A DNA stretch of 64,000 nucleotides. Source: Squalus acanthias. Taxonomy: Eukaryota. Every line of letters begins with the position of its first letter. Position 1 is the first letter of the stretch. Where the stretch lies: NCBI GenBank assembly GCA_030390025.1, contig CM059437.1, positions 80,352,001 to 80,416,000 of the forward strand, in the 5' to 3' direction. A program made the position numbers and the translations under genes. The notes under the pieces are model-generated. The model worked only from the letters and a program-made list of their open reading frames with translations. It was not told where the DNA came from and did no database searches. Shown in pieces: positions 13,439-25,950 of this stretch.

Positions 13439-13805
13439 CTTAGAGCAGGTGGCTGCTTAACTAAGACCAGAGCCACCATGTCAGGCTGTGGATGTTCTGG
13501 TCAGTTTAGGATGAATGGAACGTTTGTGTAATTAATGACGGAGGGACATTTGACACTTTAAATTTTAATTGCTAATTGAAATGACAGTTATGGACCATGG
13601 TGGACAGCATGTAATCATGATTTGAAACCAGGATGATTTAAAGAACATTGTATTCCTGCACAAGATACACATCTGCAGCATGTTAGCTGTCAGCTGTCTA
13701 CCATACCAGCCTGCTCCCAAACAACTTCATATATCCCAGTCAGCCAGTGGCTCTAGTGTGCCAACACAAGCTCTCCAGAACATTATTTAATGCCGTCCTA
13801 TTTTA

Positions 13806-13925
13806 ATGCGGAGATGCCGGCGTTGGACTGGGGTGGACAAAAATGAGAAGTCGCACAACACCAGGTTATAGTCCAACAGATTGTAACTTTACCTGAGGAA
13901 GGGGCGACAGCTCCGAAAGCTTGTA
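13806..13925 (-). mobile_element. Second copy of the same Penelope-like mini-element, with an 11-bp TSD
   Basis: GTCCTATTTTA at 13795-13805 and 13926-13936. Bases 13806-13879 are the reverse complement of 47327-47400, and 13885-13925 is an inverted hammerhead-containing piece. Confidence 0.8.
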
Positions 13926-14144
13926 GTCCTATTTTACGGCATTTAGCAATCTTTACACTGAATAATAAACTGATGCAACAGCAATGAATTTATCCCTTGA
14001 AGGACTACTGGATGGTATGAACTAAAATGATCACCTGAAGTCCACCGCAATCAGCATTCGCAACAAATACACACCTCGTTTACAGAAAGGTGGGCACTTT
14101 ATATTCAGGATGTGGGATACATCAGAGAATGTTACAGATAGGCG

Positions 14145-14335
14145 TTTAGGGTATATCATAGAGTGTTACAGTGAGGGGTATGGGTAAGATTGTGAGGAAT
14201 GTCAGAGTGCATTATAATGAAGGATGTGTGGTATATCGGAGAGTGTTACAGTGAGGGGTGTGGGTAAGATTGTGACGTATGTCAGAGTGTATTATGGATG
14301 TGTGGTATATCGGAGAGTGTTACAGTGAGAGGTGG
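14145..14335. repeat. ~80-bp tandem duplication (GAGTGTTACAGTGAGGGG..GGTAAGATTGTGA)
   Basis: GAGTGTTACAGTGAG at about 14161, 14241 and 14315. Confidence 0.75.
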
Positions 14336-15246
14336 CGGTGTATTAAACATTCCAATTACTATGATGTGACTGAGAGTCTCTGTCTGAAATGTTCCCCCAC
14401 TCCCTGAGGTACAGTTTTGTTGTAAATCATGAGAAAAGCAATTGTATCTGCACTACTCAAGTCTGTCAGCAGCCTATAATTAATCACTTCTGTAGTTATA
14501 AGAAACAGTGTACAAACCCCATCAAGAAAATATCAATTTAGGAAAATGAGACTTCCCAGCTCAGCTTGGCTGCTGGCTGTCTGGGGTCATATCTCCTCTC
14601 CACACACTCCCCCCCCCCCCCCCCCCCAGATAGACCGTCAAAGCTCCAATATCTAGATAATCTTTTCTAATCCAATACAAGATATATCCTCCGATAAACA
14701 TTTAATTTAGCAAGGTAGGCAAAAGAGCCAAAAACATAACTGTCATTCAAATTACTAGATACCATGATAAGAGTTAATGTACTAGAGTGATAAGCTTTAA
14801 TGGGATGAGTGCCATTTTCTCGTCCCTTGCTTTTCTTATATTTCAGCTAAGAGGATCAGCATCAGAGCATCATCAAACACACTGCCACGTGGCCTGGACC
14901 AACAGTAGGCAGGGGCTAACTCTATGACATAACTGTGAGACTCAATTGTGCACATCTCAGAGATTCTAAGGCCTAACGCTTTACGTCTCAGAGCCTCTAT
15001 GATGTAACTGTGCACTTCTCACCATGGTCTAGGTTGTGTTGCCAGAACCCCTTTTTGCCAGCACTCTGCATCAACCAGAGTATGACACAAAGTAGACTGT
15101 AATTGTACTCTGTCTGAATTTTTAAAAAATATATTGAATTTTAGAATGCATTTCTCCTAAAGGACTACAGTTATCCTGTCTGGGGAGGGGAGAAAGAGAA
15201 CTAATTATATTAACAGCCTAAATTAGATGGGTTTCAACCAGAAAGA

Positions 15247-15682
15247 AAAAGAAAGAAAGACTTGCATTTATATAGCGCCTTTCACGACCTCAGGACATCC
15301 CAAAGCGCTTTACAGCCAATGAAGTACTTTTGAAGTGTAGTCACTGTTGTAATGTGGAAAACGCGGCAGCCAAGTTGCGCACAGCAAGCTCCCACAAACA
15401 GCAATGTGATAATGACCAGATAATCTGTTTTTAGTGAGGTTGAGGGATAATATTGGCCAGGACACCAGGGATAACTCCCCTGCTCTTCCTCGAAATAGTG
15501 TCATGGGATCTTTTACATCCACCTGAGAGAGCAGACGAAGCCTCGCTTTAACTTTTAACGTCGCATCCGAAAGACGGCACCTCTGACAGTGCAGCACTCC
15601 CTCAGCACTGCACTGGAGTGTCAGCCTAGATTTCTGTGCTCAACTCTCTGGAGTGGGACTTGAACCCACAACCTTCTGACTG
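15247..15682 (-). mobile_element. DeuSINE (SacSINE1/AmnSINE1-like) with an L2-derived tail
   Basis: Deu core on the minus strand (GTGCCGTCTTTCGGATG..GATGTAAAAGATCCCATG..GGTGTCCTGGCCAAT), a B-box-like GGTTCAAGTCCC, and tail AAAGGCGCTATATAAATGCAAG shared with the L2 copies in this window. Confidence 0.85.
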
Positions 15683-18600
15683 AAAACCAGGAGAGAATGG
15701 GGGTGAGATTAAATGGGAGCATACCCCGCAAAGATTTATGAATGAAATGTCTTGAGGAATTGCTATCAATGGGTCTCTGAGAATTAATGTTTATAATAAT
15801 GTCTTTTCTCTCCTCATTTTTACTGGCTTTTACGCTTCAAAAGTAACTCATTGGCTGTATAGTATTTGGAGACGTCCTGAGGATGTGAAAGGCGGTATAT
15901 AAATGCAAGTTCTTTCTTTTTTTACACCCAAGCCATGGACTGAATTTCAATGCTTTATCTGTAGTATAACAGATATGAATAAGAATCATACAGTACAGAA
16001 GGAGGCCATTCAGGCCTTCACGCCTGTGCTAGCTCACCGAAAGAGCTATCCACTTAATCCCAATTCATTGATCTTTCATGTAACTGCCGAATCTTGGAGT
16101 TTACTGGAAATAAAATATTAAAATTCCACCACTTCCTAATGCACAACCGTCCACTTGGGCACCAGACTCAAAACAAGCGCCTTTAATGTAGTAAAAAGTC
16201 ACAACAAGGCGCTTCACAGGAGCGATTATCAAACAAAATTTGACACCGAGCCACAATTATACAGTCTCAATCGGTAAGAAATGACCTTGACTTGTAAAAT
16301 CACTCAACGTGCTTTAAAAACAGGATCCTTGGCAACCTTCCGTGGTTTAGAGAACAAACCAATAAACTTGCTCTGGATGCTCGATTCTGTAAACACCGTG
16401 GGTTAGCCTCTATTTTCTCCCTTGCTTTGCAGGGCTTCCCGTGCTTGGGCATGCGTCACAAGGTAATATTTTTTCTATTGTGACTGCTATAACATTATTT
16501 TATAATCTCAGTTTATCTGAGGGCTGTTAGGGTGAGGGGGGCGGGTGCGGAGAACATCACCGATTCTAACAAGCACACATAGGAGAAGCTGTATTGAGTT
16601 TGATATGCACTTGCCAATAAAGAGACTAACAGGCAAGCGAGTAAGAGCAAACAATCTTGACTGTGTAATAGGCCCACTGGAGTCTATCAGGACAGATTCT
16701 AAGGCCCAGCCACAGCAATGGGTCTCCCAACCTAATCTGTGCATCATAAATCATGAAAAGGACAGTTTCTAACAGGTCAAATTAAGATAAAATGCCTTTA
16801 ATTATCAAAGCAACAGCTACTTGTCCCATCACAAGCTGTATTTCATCCCTGAAGGGAGACCAAACCCCAGACTAGATGTGCTTATTGTGTTGCCGTGACA
16901 CCGGGCAGGCTTCAGCCAGCTTCCTTTCAAAAGACGGAGAGGAAGGTGGCTTCCTCTCAACTGCCATTCAACTATTCCAAGAAAGGGAATTCTAAACAGT
17001 GGCTGGGGGAAGGGCACAAATCAGGAACGAATGTTCTCCGCCTCCCACCTCAGCCCGTAGCTTAAGGCCCGCTGATTAGGCCAATTATCATTACTTAATG
17101 ACTTTTCAATACCACTCTATTCAGACCGAACAAAAAAATTTAGTGACACCACAAAGGACTCAAGGAACAACTGTTTGGATTCAAGTTTCCATTACGGAAC
17201 CCAACCTGAAATTGGAGTCCAGGCCTAAATAAGCATCATTTGAGGACTGAGATATGTGAGAAAGTTGAGATAGCACAAATGTTGAGAGGAAAAGCCCTTT
17301 GTGTGTGTGGTATTTGGCCTCGACTCTCAGTGCTCCTGGTGTGGGTTTTTTGGCAGCCTTATGCTGAGGGTGTGTGTGTGTGTGTGTGTGTTTTTTTTTA
17401 ATAAACTATTGATTAGGTTTGTTTGCTGGCTGGCTGGAGACTCATTAACAAACAGCTGAGAAGCTGTTTTTTCAGGATTTTAATCCCCCAAATCTTTAGC
17501 CTCTGAAAAGGCTTTTGGGCTGCCCCCCCTGCCGTTTGAGCTCAACCCTGGCACCTGGGTCACTGTTCAGCCAGGCCCAACGTAAGCACTGTGATATTCG
17601 CACAGAACACAATCTAACTCTAATCTTGACTTCTGTGGATTGAGTGCTGAGTGGCTACATAAAGAATGGTTGTAGCAACCACATCATTAACCTGTTGTAA
17701 CCTGCACTGTATCTGCCCCTGTAGTCAGGCACAGTCCAGTAAAGGATTCATCTGTTCATTAGGGAGTTAACTAGCTTCTACCATGACAAGTCATCTAACA
17801 TATGCTATTTATTTGGGGGGGACGAGGGGGGAACTCGGTCTCCCCCAGAAGTCTAAGGGGTTTTCTATTCTATTTTAATTCTCAATTATCTCCCCTCCTG
17901 TCTTGAAGACTCTCGCTGGGAACAGTTCCAGGGACACCGATCGCTCTGCAGCATCACTCCTGATCCAGATCCTGTCTCACCCAACATCCACGCATGTAAT
18001 GTCCAGCTGAGTCACTGGATGTTGACCTTGCCCATCCCCCATTCCACTACCCCCCCCCCCCCCCCTCCACAACCACCGCCACCCCCCACCACCCCGCCTC
18101 TCCACTCAGTGAACTGAGGCCAGTTGCGGTGCTCCCACTGCTGCGATCGAACCTGATGCTTCCACGGTCTGAATGCCACCGTGTCATACTGGCTGATGCA
18201 TTTACCCTCTGAGTTGCTGGAGGAATGGGAATTGTGCTTTTAACGTACTGGGAGAACATGAGTGATCGTGGGGGATCTATTTTGAAACCGCCACAATTGC
18301 ACATTCATAAACCTTTTTGCCAAAACATTTTTTTTTTTGGCCTGTCTCTGGAAGGGACCATACAGCAGCAGTTCACATCAACTCAAGCTCGGGACCGGAT
18401 TATTCACTCGCAACTCCCGCAGATCACAACAATAGTGAAACACGCAGCTTACACCAGGCCCTATGTGCCTTGTGCTTCTCTGGAGTCCCCTGAGTGCCAT
18501 TAGTTTTATAGAAGCATTGCCTTCGTTTACTTGTACGCACGGGAGTCTGCAGGCTGTGGCATGGCAATATAATTTTTCTTTGTTATGGTTGAATAAAAAC

Positions 18601-19076
18601 AAAAGAGAGAAAGAAAAACATGCTCCCCCCCCCCCCCCCCCAAGCCCAGTGAAAGACATGGCACAGAAGAGACAGCAGCGCTTTCCCCGAAATGGAATTA
18701 TCCAAAAATAGTTATTCGAAGCAGCACTGACACTTCGTTCAACTCGATGAGCCATTTAGGAATAAAGAATGTGCAAACTGGTAAAGGAAAAGACAAAGAG
18801 AAAAGTGCGAGAACTGCAGGACAGCCAGGCTCTGCGACACTGAAATCGAACTGAGTTCACTCTGCAAAGTCTGAGCAATCAAGGGATGGAAAGTCGCCAC
18901 AGGGTGGGATCAGACTGAGTATTGAACACGTACAGGCAAATCTCCTTCAACAACATCAGAAATAAACTGATTCACTGTAATCAAGTTGGACACACAACAA
19001 TCCTCTGATTGGACAATAACACAGGGTCTAAAGCCACTGCGTGAATTAAATAAATAATCTGCATGTTCTGTGTTCC

Positions 19077-19467
19077 TAGATTTGTATATCGCCTTTCACA
19101 CCCTCGGGACATCCCAATGTGTTTTGTAGCCAATGAGGTACTTCAGTGTAGTCACTGTTTAATATAGGCAAATGTGGCAGCCAATTTGCACACAGCAAGA
19201 TTCCACAAACAGTAAAGAGATAAATGACCTGTGAAAACCAGTCAGTGATGTCGGTTGAGTGATAATTGTTGGCCAGGTCTCCGAGAGAGCTGCTCTGCGC
19301 CTTGACTAGTGTCATGGGGTCTTTTACATCCATCTGAGAGGTCAGGCGGGGTCTTGGTTTAACATCTGATTCAAAAGACGGCACCTCCGACAGTACAGCA
19401 CTCCCTCACTCCCTGGAGTGTCTGCCTGGATTATCTGTTCAAGTCTCTGAAGTGGGACTTGAACCAG
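19077..19467 (-). mobile_element. DeuSINE copy (more diverged)
   Basis: Colinear with 15260-15670. Confidence 0.8.
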
Positions 19468-19809
19468 TATTTTTCTGTATTTGCAATGTGCCTCTTACCA
19501 TTGAGGAAAGTTCAGACCATTTTTAACCGTTTGCTCCCTCAAAAAAATGGGAGATAGAGAGACAAAACTGAGTAGTTCTTATGGATTGGAGGATAAAGCA
19601 TTGTATGGCAGCCCAGTCCAGTGCTCTACCTTTACAGTGGGAAATAGTATTGGAAGAACTCACTGCATTCAGTCCCAATCACATTGAGTTAAAGGCTTGA
19701 ATCGCTCAAATATACAGAACTGTATTCACTTTTAAAAAAAGACATATAGTTCTGTCCCCTCAATGGCCAAATAGGTAAATTCCATTTGACCCAGCGTAGT
19801 ATTGAGCCA

Positions 19810-21788
19810 GTCAAAACAGAAAAAGGGGGCGTGTGACAGATGTCAGGTTGAGAATACAAATGAGAATCAAGCTGAATATAGAAAGCTCAGAGGGGAAGTG
19901 AAAAAGAAAATAAGAGGGGCAAAGAGAGAGTATGAGAATAGATTGGCAGCCAACATAAAAGGGAATTCAAAAGTCTTCTATAGGCATATAAATAATAAAT
20001 GGGTAGCAAGAGGAGGGGTGGGGCCGATTAGAGACCAAAAAGGAGACCTACTCATGGAGGCAGAGGGCATGGCTGAGGTACTAAATGAGTACTTTGTATC
20101 TGTCTTCACCAAGGAAGAAGATGCTGCCAAAGTCATAGTGAAAGAGGAGGTAGTGGAGATACTGCATGAGATAAAAATTGATAAAGAGGAGGTACTAGAA
20201 AGGCTGCCTGAACTTAAAGTTGATAAGACACCAGGACCAGATGGGATGCATCCTAGGTTGCTGAGGGGGGTTAAGGAGGAAATTGTGGAGGTACTTGCCA
20301 TAATCTTCCAATCTTCCTTAGATACGGGGGTGGTGACAGAGGATTGGAGAATTGCAAATGTTACACCCTTGTTCAAAAAAGGGTGTAAGGATAAACCCAG
20401 CAACTATAGGCCAATCAGTTTAACCTCGATAGTGGGGAAACTTTTGGAAACGATAATCAGGGTCAAAATTAACAGTCACTTAGACAAGTGTGGATTAATT
20501 AAGGAAAGCCAGCACGGATTTGTTAAAGGCAAATCGTGTTTAACTAACTTGATCGAGTTTTTTGATGAGGTAACAGAGAGGGTTGATGAGGGCAATGCGG
20601 TTGATGTGGTGTATATGGACCTCCAAAAGGCATTTGATAAAGTGCCACATAATAGGCTTACCAACAAAGTTGAAGCCCATGAAATAAAAGGGACAGTGGC
20701 AGCATGGATACGAAATTGGCTAAGTGACAGGAAACAGAGAGTAGTGGTGAACGGTTGTTTTTCGGACTGGAGGAAGGTATACAGTGGTGTTCCCCAGGGG
20801 TCAGTTCCAGGACCACTGCTTTTCTTGATATATATTAATGACTTGGACTTGGGTGTACAGGGCACAATTTCAAAATTTGCAGATGACACAAAACTTGGAA
20901 GTATAGTAAACAGTGAGGAGGATAGTGATAGACTTCAAAAAGACATAGACAGGCTGGTGAAATGGACGGACACGTGGCAGAAGAAATTTAACGCAGAAAA
21001 GTGTGAAGTGATACATTTTGGTAGGAAGAATGAGGAGTGGCAATATAAACTAAAGGGTACAATCCTAAAGGGGGTGCATGAACAGAGAGACCTGGGGGTA
21101 TATGTGCACAAATCGTTGAAAGTGGCAGGGCAGGTTGAGAAAGCGGTTAAAAAAGCATACGGGATACTGGGCTTCATAAATAGAGGCATAGAGTACAAAA
21201 ACAAGGAAGTTATGATGAACCTTTATAAAACACTGATTCGGAGTATTCTGTCCAATTCTGGGCACTGCACTTTCGGAAGGATGTGAAGGCCTTAGAGAGG
21301 GTGCAGAAAAGATTTACCAGAATAATTCCAGGGATGAGGGACTTCAGTTACGTGGATAGACTGGAGAAGCTGGGGTTGTTCTCCTTAGAGCAGAGAAGGT
21401 TGAGAGGAGATTCCATAGAGGTATTCAAAATCATGAGGGGTCTAGACAGAGTAGATAGAGAGAAACTGTTCCCATTGGCGGAAGAGTCGAGAACCAGAGG
21501 ACACAGATTCAAGGTGATTGGCAAAAGAACGAAAGGCGACATGAGGAAAAACTTTTTTACTCAGTGAGTGGTTAGGATCTGGAATGCACAGCCTGAAAGG
21601 GTGGTGGAGGCAGACTCAATTGTGGCTTTCAAAAGAGAATTGGATAAGTACCTGAGGGAAAAAAAATTGCAGGGCTACAGGGAAAGGGCGGGGGAGTGGG
21701 ACTTGTTGAAGTGCTCTTGCAGAGAGCCGGCACGGGCTCGACGGGCCGAATGACCTCCTTCTGTGCTGTAACCATTCTATGATTCTAT
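19810..21788 (+). mobile_element. 5'-truncated CR1 LINE: ORF2 reverse-transcriptase region plus 3' UTR, frameshifted near 21240
   Basis: The 494-aa ORF has PGPDG, NYRPISLTS, QHGF, DLQKAFDKV, GVPQGS and FADD motifs. It continues in another frame (LERVQKRFTR...LFSLEQRRLRGD) and ends in the CR1 terminus CCATTCTATGATTCTAT. Confidence 0.95.
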
Positions 21789-21789
21789 T

Positions 21790-22085
21790 AGGTCCCAGGT
21801 TCAATTCCTGATCAGTACTGAATTAGTTAATCTCAGCTAGGTTGGTGCTGGGATGCTATAATTGGCTTCCTTGTCTCTGGCTAAGGAATGGGGGGCAGGG
21901 GGTGGCGGGGGGGGGGGGGGCAGAAATCATCCATGGATCCTTTTCCAGCTCTTGATCATTATCCATTGCTGAAAAGTGTGGGCTTTGAATGTGGTCGGGA
22001 TTAGATTCAGCATAAGTAATGCCCCACATGGTGGAATATCCTGCTGATAGCCATTGCTCTCAGCTGACATACATGAAGAACAAAA
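21790..22085 (+). mobile_element. SINE-A body; its head at 19760-19809 is separated from it by the CR1 insertion
   Basis: The head CAATGGCCAAATAGGTAAA..GTATTGAGCCA precedes the CR1, and GGTCCCAGGTTCAATTCCTG resumes directly after the CR1 tail. Confidence 0.7.
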
Positions 22086-23379
22086 CTTTGATTTTACTTC
22101 TCAATAAAAACAAGCAAATCCAACTGAGGCAGTGGAAGGTGTCGATGCCTGCAAGTGAAAATGTCAGTTTGTAACCAAAGCCTGCACCAATGAAACAATC
22201 CCAGAGGATCTCTGTGCCTGGGTGTAACAGCAGGGCGTTAGTAAAAACTCCAGCCCTGGTACTTCTATGTTATCTCAAGTCATGAATTTATTTAAGAGTC
22301 TGTTAATGTGGCTCATCATTCTCTGGGTCAAGGCTTTCAGTTTCACCACCACTCCCCCCCGCCCCACCCCACCACCCGTGTCCTGCCGCTGAGCTTCCTC
22401 CCTCCGAGCAAACACACCATACTATTTGAACAATGGCTCCTTACACACAAAAGGCAAGTTTGCCCAGTGATGTTTCAGGCGTAGACATGGTTTGACGGGT
22501 TGGCAGTGTGCTCAAAAGCCAGCGAGGTCGAGAACTGCTTTAGAACCAGTTAAAAAGGCAAAATGCCACCTGAACTATTGAATTCTCACCCAGGCAGAGA
22601 AGAAAGACTCTGATCAACCTCCAAATGATCCCATTTAAAAGGAGAGTCTCACCGCCAGAACTCTTTTACTAAACATTGCTGGCACAGGATGGCGGTCGTG
22701 ACTACGCTTCACTGCAATTCATTGTCCAAAATGCTTTGAGATGTTTTGGTACAATCAGGAACTATATAACTCGCAAGGGTTATCTTTTTAAATGTGACTC
22801 CTGAATTTGCTGTATTTCCATTGGGTAGGTGGCAGGTTTGATGGATTGTTCCCTCTTGGTCAAACAAGGCCCCTATTGCACCAGCCGGTTACCTCCCTCC
22901 TGTGGCCTCTTACAGCAAGACCAAATAATAGATTGCAGATGAATGTGGAGTAGTTAGGTGCTCAGTGGCTCTAGTCTCAACATAGACTGAGACAGAACAT
23001 TTTAACTGAACCCACTTATCATAGCTCAGCCTGATCCTATCCTCAGCCAGTGCCTGTGTGCACAGTTCCATCAGGGGGGTCACTGTATAGCAACCCTCCT
23101 TAACCCAGGATATAGTATCCCCACTGCTTCTCTCAGTGATAGCAGCTAACGCAGCACAGACCAGGGATCGATGCTGTGATCTGTGCAGCGTCACACTGAG
23201 CAGCGCATTTACTCACTGAGCCAATCGGAGGAGCTGCCAATTTTTTTTTTTTAAAAAGAGCAAATCACCTAGCAATGGGTTAGAGTGGAGTTGGAAGTGG
23301 GTTCACTGCCAGGAGCCTCAACTAAGGAATGATGCTGAAGAGCTGAAAGTAAAAGAGACTTGACTCAGAGCAGACAAGA

Positions 23380-23480
23380 GTTGTCACTTGCATTATATTT
23401 TATTCATTTTCTTGAGTCTCATTAAAACATATGTATACATTAGGCATGAGTACAGGCGAATGCACCTACAGTACATAGTC
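23380..23480 (-). terminator. Candidate distal poly(A) signal for MN1 (AATAAA at 23404-23399)
   Basis: AATAAA on the minus strand, with several TGTA motifs upstream and T-rich sequence downstream. Other AATAAA candidates lie closer to the stop (near 26525 and 29340). Confidence 0.25.
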
Positions 23481-25782
23481 CATATTTTTTTTATTTCTTC
23501 CTGTTTCCAAAACTAAGTCCTGTTGCACTGAACGAGACAAAACACTCAAATAACCGTGGGAACTGCTCCAGTCAATCAACAGGGACCAAAGCAGCATTGT
23601 GTGAGAGACAGAGCCAAACAAAAACTGGCAATAACAGGATTTGCCAAACCACACAGAAAGGAGTTATCAGCTCATATTGTTACATGTGCAACTATCTTTA
23701 ACCTGCAGCTAGAACAGAATTGGTGACGTTCCACCCCACCCCAATATCTTAATGGATCTTTTTGTTAATCAACAGACAATGGGTCCATGATGGGACAGGG
23801 CCGCAGTAATAGTTCACTGTACAGGCTATTCTGTTCCCCGCCCACCCAATATTTTTTTTACCTCTACTCTCAAGAATACCCCAAATTAGCCACAATCATA
23901 AAATAAACATATCAATCATATCCTAATTCTCACACAGTAATTCAATACCAGATGGAACAGTGTTTTTTTTTGTTTCGGAACTGGATGATTTAGACTGGTA
24001 GCACACTGATCTTTGACCTCTGAATGGGAATCTAGCCCAGATAGAGGGGATGAAGGTCTTTCTCTGATGGCGGCTAGACTCTGCAGTGGATCAGACACTG
24101 TCCTTTCACCTCTTTAACTCGCAGCCCAGAATGGCAGCCGTTAAGGGCCCTAAATTACGAGAGAGCTCGGGGCCGTCTCAGTGTTAGACACTGACAAACA
24201 CAAATCTGTGGCACAGCGAGTGCCTCATACTTAAACCAAAATACTAATTGTGAAGCTTCTAAAATAATCTCGGATTTCGTTGGTACAGAGGGCTGGAGCA
24301 TGAAAATATAATAATGTGCACTTCTTATAGTATGTGGGACATCTGAAAACAGTTTACAGGGGAGAGGAGCTCACCAAGCAAGGGACAAGTTAAAAGAGGG
24401 CTTTATTGAAACACAAACAAGATGGATTTAGGAGGTTTTATTGAAGGAGGGAAATGAGGTGTCAAGGCCAAATTATATTGAGACTGAGTGAGTGAGAGCT
24501 GATGGGTGATTAGTAGGGGAAGGACTGATTGCTCATCCTGAGCAGGAAAAGTGTGAAGTGCAGGCTGGGGCATGTGGTTGAAGGAGATTGCTGAAATAAG
24601 AAGGGGCGAGATGGTGGAGGGATTTGGATAGGAGATGAAGAAAGCATTGTTGAAAAAACTGTACCAAAGAACATTGTGAATTTTACTCTTCCAAAGCAAG
24701 TTATTAATAAATGTGTGCCAGTGGGTGACAGATGGGGGATGCTGGGTAGTGATGGATTATGCAATACTTTACCGTGGGAACAAGGACATGTTACCAGAAC
24801 ACTTCGAAGTACCACTACCACGCTCACAAAGGCAGTGAAATATCCAGTCACTATTAAACTTGTCAGGCAACTTTGCCGCTGCATGCTGAACTCTGGGCAG
24901 AATCTGAGCTTGACGTCACACAACACAGTTTACAGCTCGAACAAAGCTACAGGCAGGGAGGTTCTGTGGGACGAATTACAGCGTTTGGAATTCAAATGCT
25001 ATGAATGGGACAGTTATGTTTTTAACCTACAGGAATTGGACCACACCAAAACGGTGCCAAGTGTGGGATGATCTTCATTCAATGGAGTGAATAACAGTGT
25101 GAGGAAGCATGTGCTTCAAGCAGATTGTATGACAGGCCACACATAACACTTGGCATAAGTCACCATTTGCGTCGTGATAAGCTGCAATGGCTTGCTGCCG
25201 TTATATGCACCAAAACCACAATAGCAAGGAAGACAGGGAATGGAAATAGAATCCACTGTGGACTAAAGCTCCTTCACACTGAACAGACCCCACAAGCTGT
25301 GAGCAACACAGGGCACAACATTCCATTTACAAGTTTTCAAGAATCCAAATTTGAAAAAAACTTTTTTTTAACCAGCAAAAACACGAGTCCAAATATTTGA
25401 GATCGGAACTAGTGTCAACTGGAGAACCTTCACTTTAATAAGTAGATGCTTTGTTTTGCTGAATGTTAACTTTTAAGACACTAATACAACTGCTCGCGAG
25501 TGTGTAACTGCTAGTGTAAGTTTGACACTCGCGATTAAGAATGTCACTTGGAAGTGTGGGGTGAACGTAAGCTCCATGGAACAACCAGAAGGGATCACTG
25601 ATGCTTGCTGCTATGTGTTAGCCACCTTGCTAAACACAGTGGGGAGATTTCCTCTATTCGCAATTTCCAGCGAAATTGGAATAGCATTCTATAGGAAAAT
25701 ATTTATTATTTTGCTGGAAGTGGCAATAAGAAACGTTCCCGCTGGGTTCACCGTGTTACTAATATATATTTTGGACAGAGAC

Positions 25783-25950
25783 GGCCGAGAAATTCGTCTC
25801 GGGCGGAGGTGCAAAACGGGCGGTATTGGATCAGCCGCCCAGTATACGCAGCGTCTGATATTCAGTCCCACTGCAGTCAATGGGCGTATAACAGACGGCC
25901 GTTCCAATAACGCCCGTTTTGCACCTCCGCCCAAGATAAATTTCCAGGCC
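25783..25950. mobile_element. GC-rich palindromic MITE
   Basis: GGCCGAGAAATTCGTCTCGGGCGGAGGTGCAAAACGGGCGGTATTGGA pairs with TCCAATAACGCCCGTTTTGCACCTCCGCCCAAGATAAATTTCCAGGCC. A smaller palindromic element is adjacent at about 25641-25741. Confidence 0.75.

Noticed and set aside
19802-21286. 494-aa RT ORF as a domesticated gene or novel RT system
   Set aside because: It starts at a TTG in flanking SINE sequence, lacks the endonuclease, is frameshifted and ends in a standard CR1 tail, so it is an ordinary truncated LINE.
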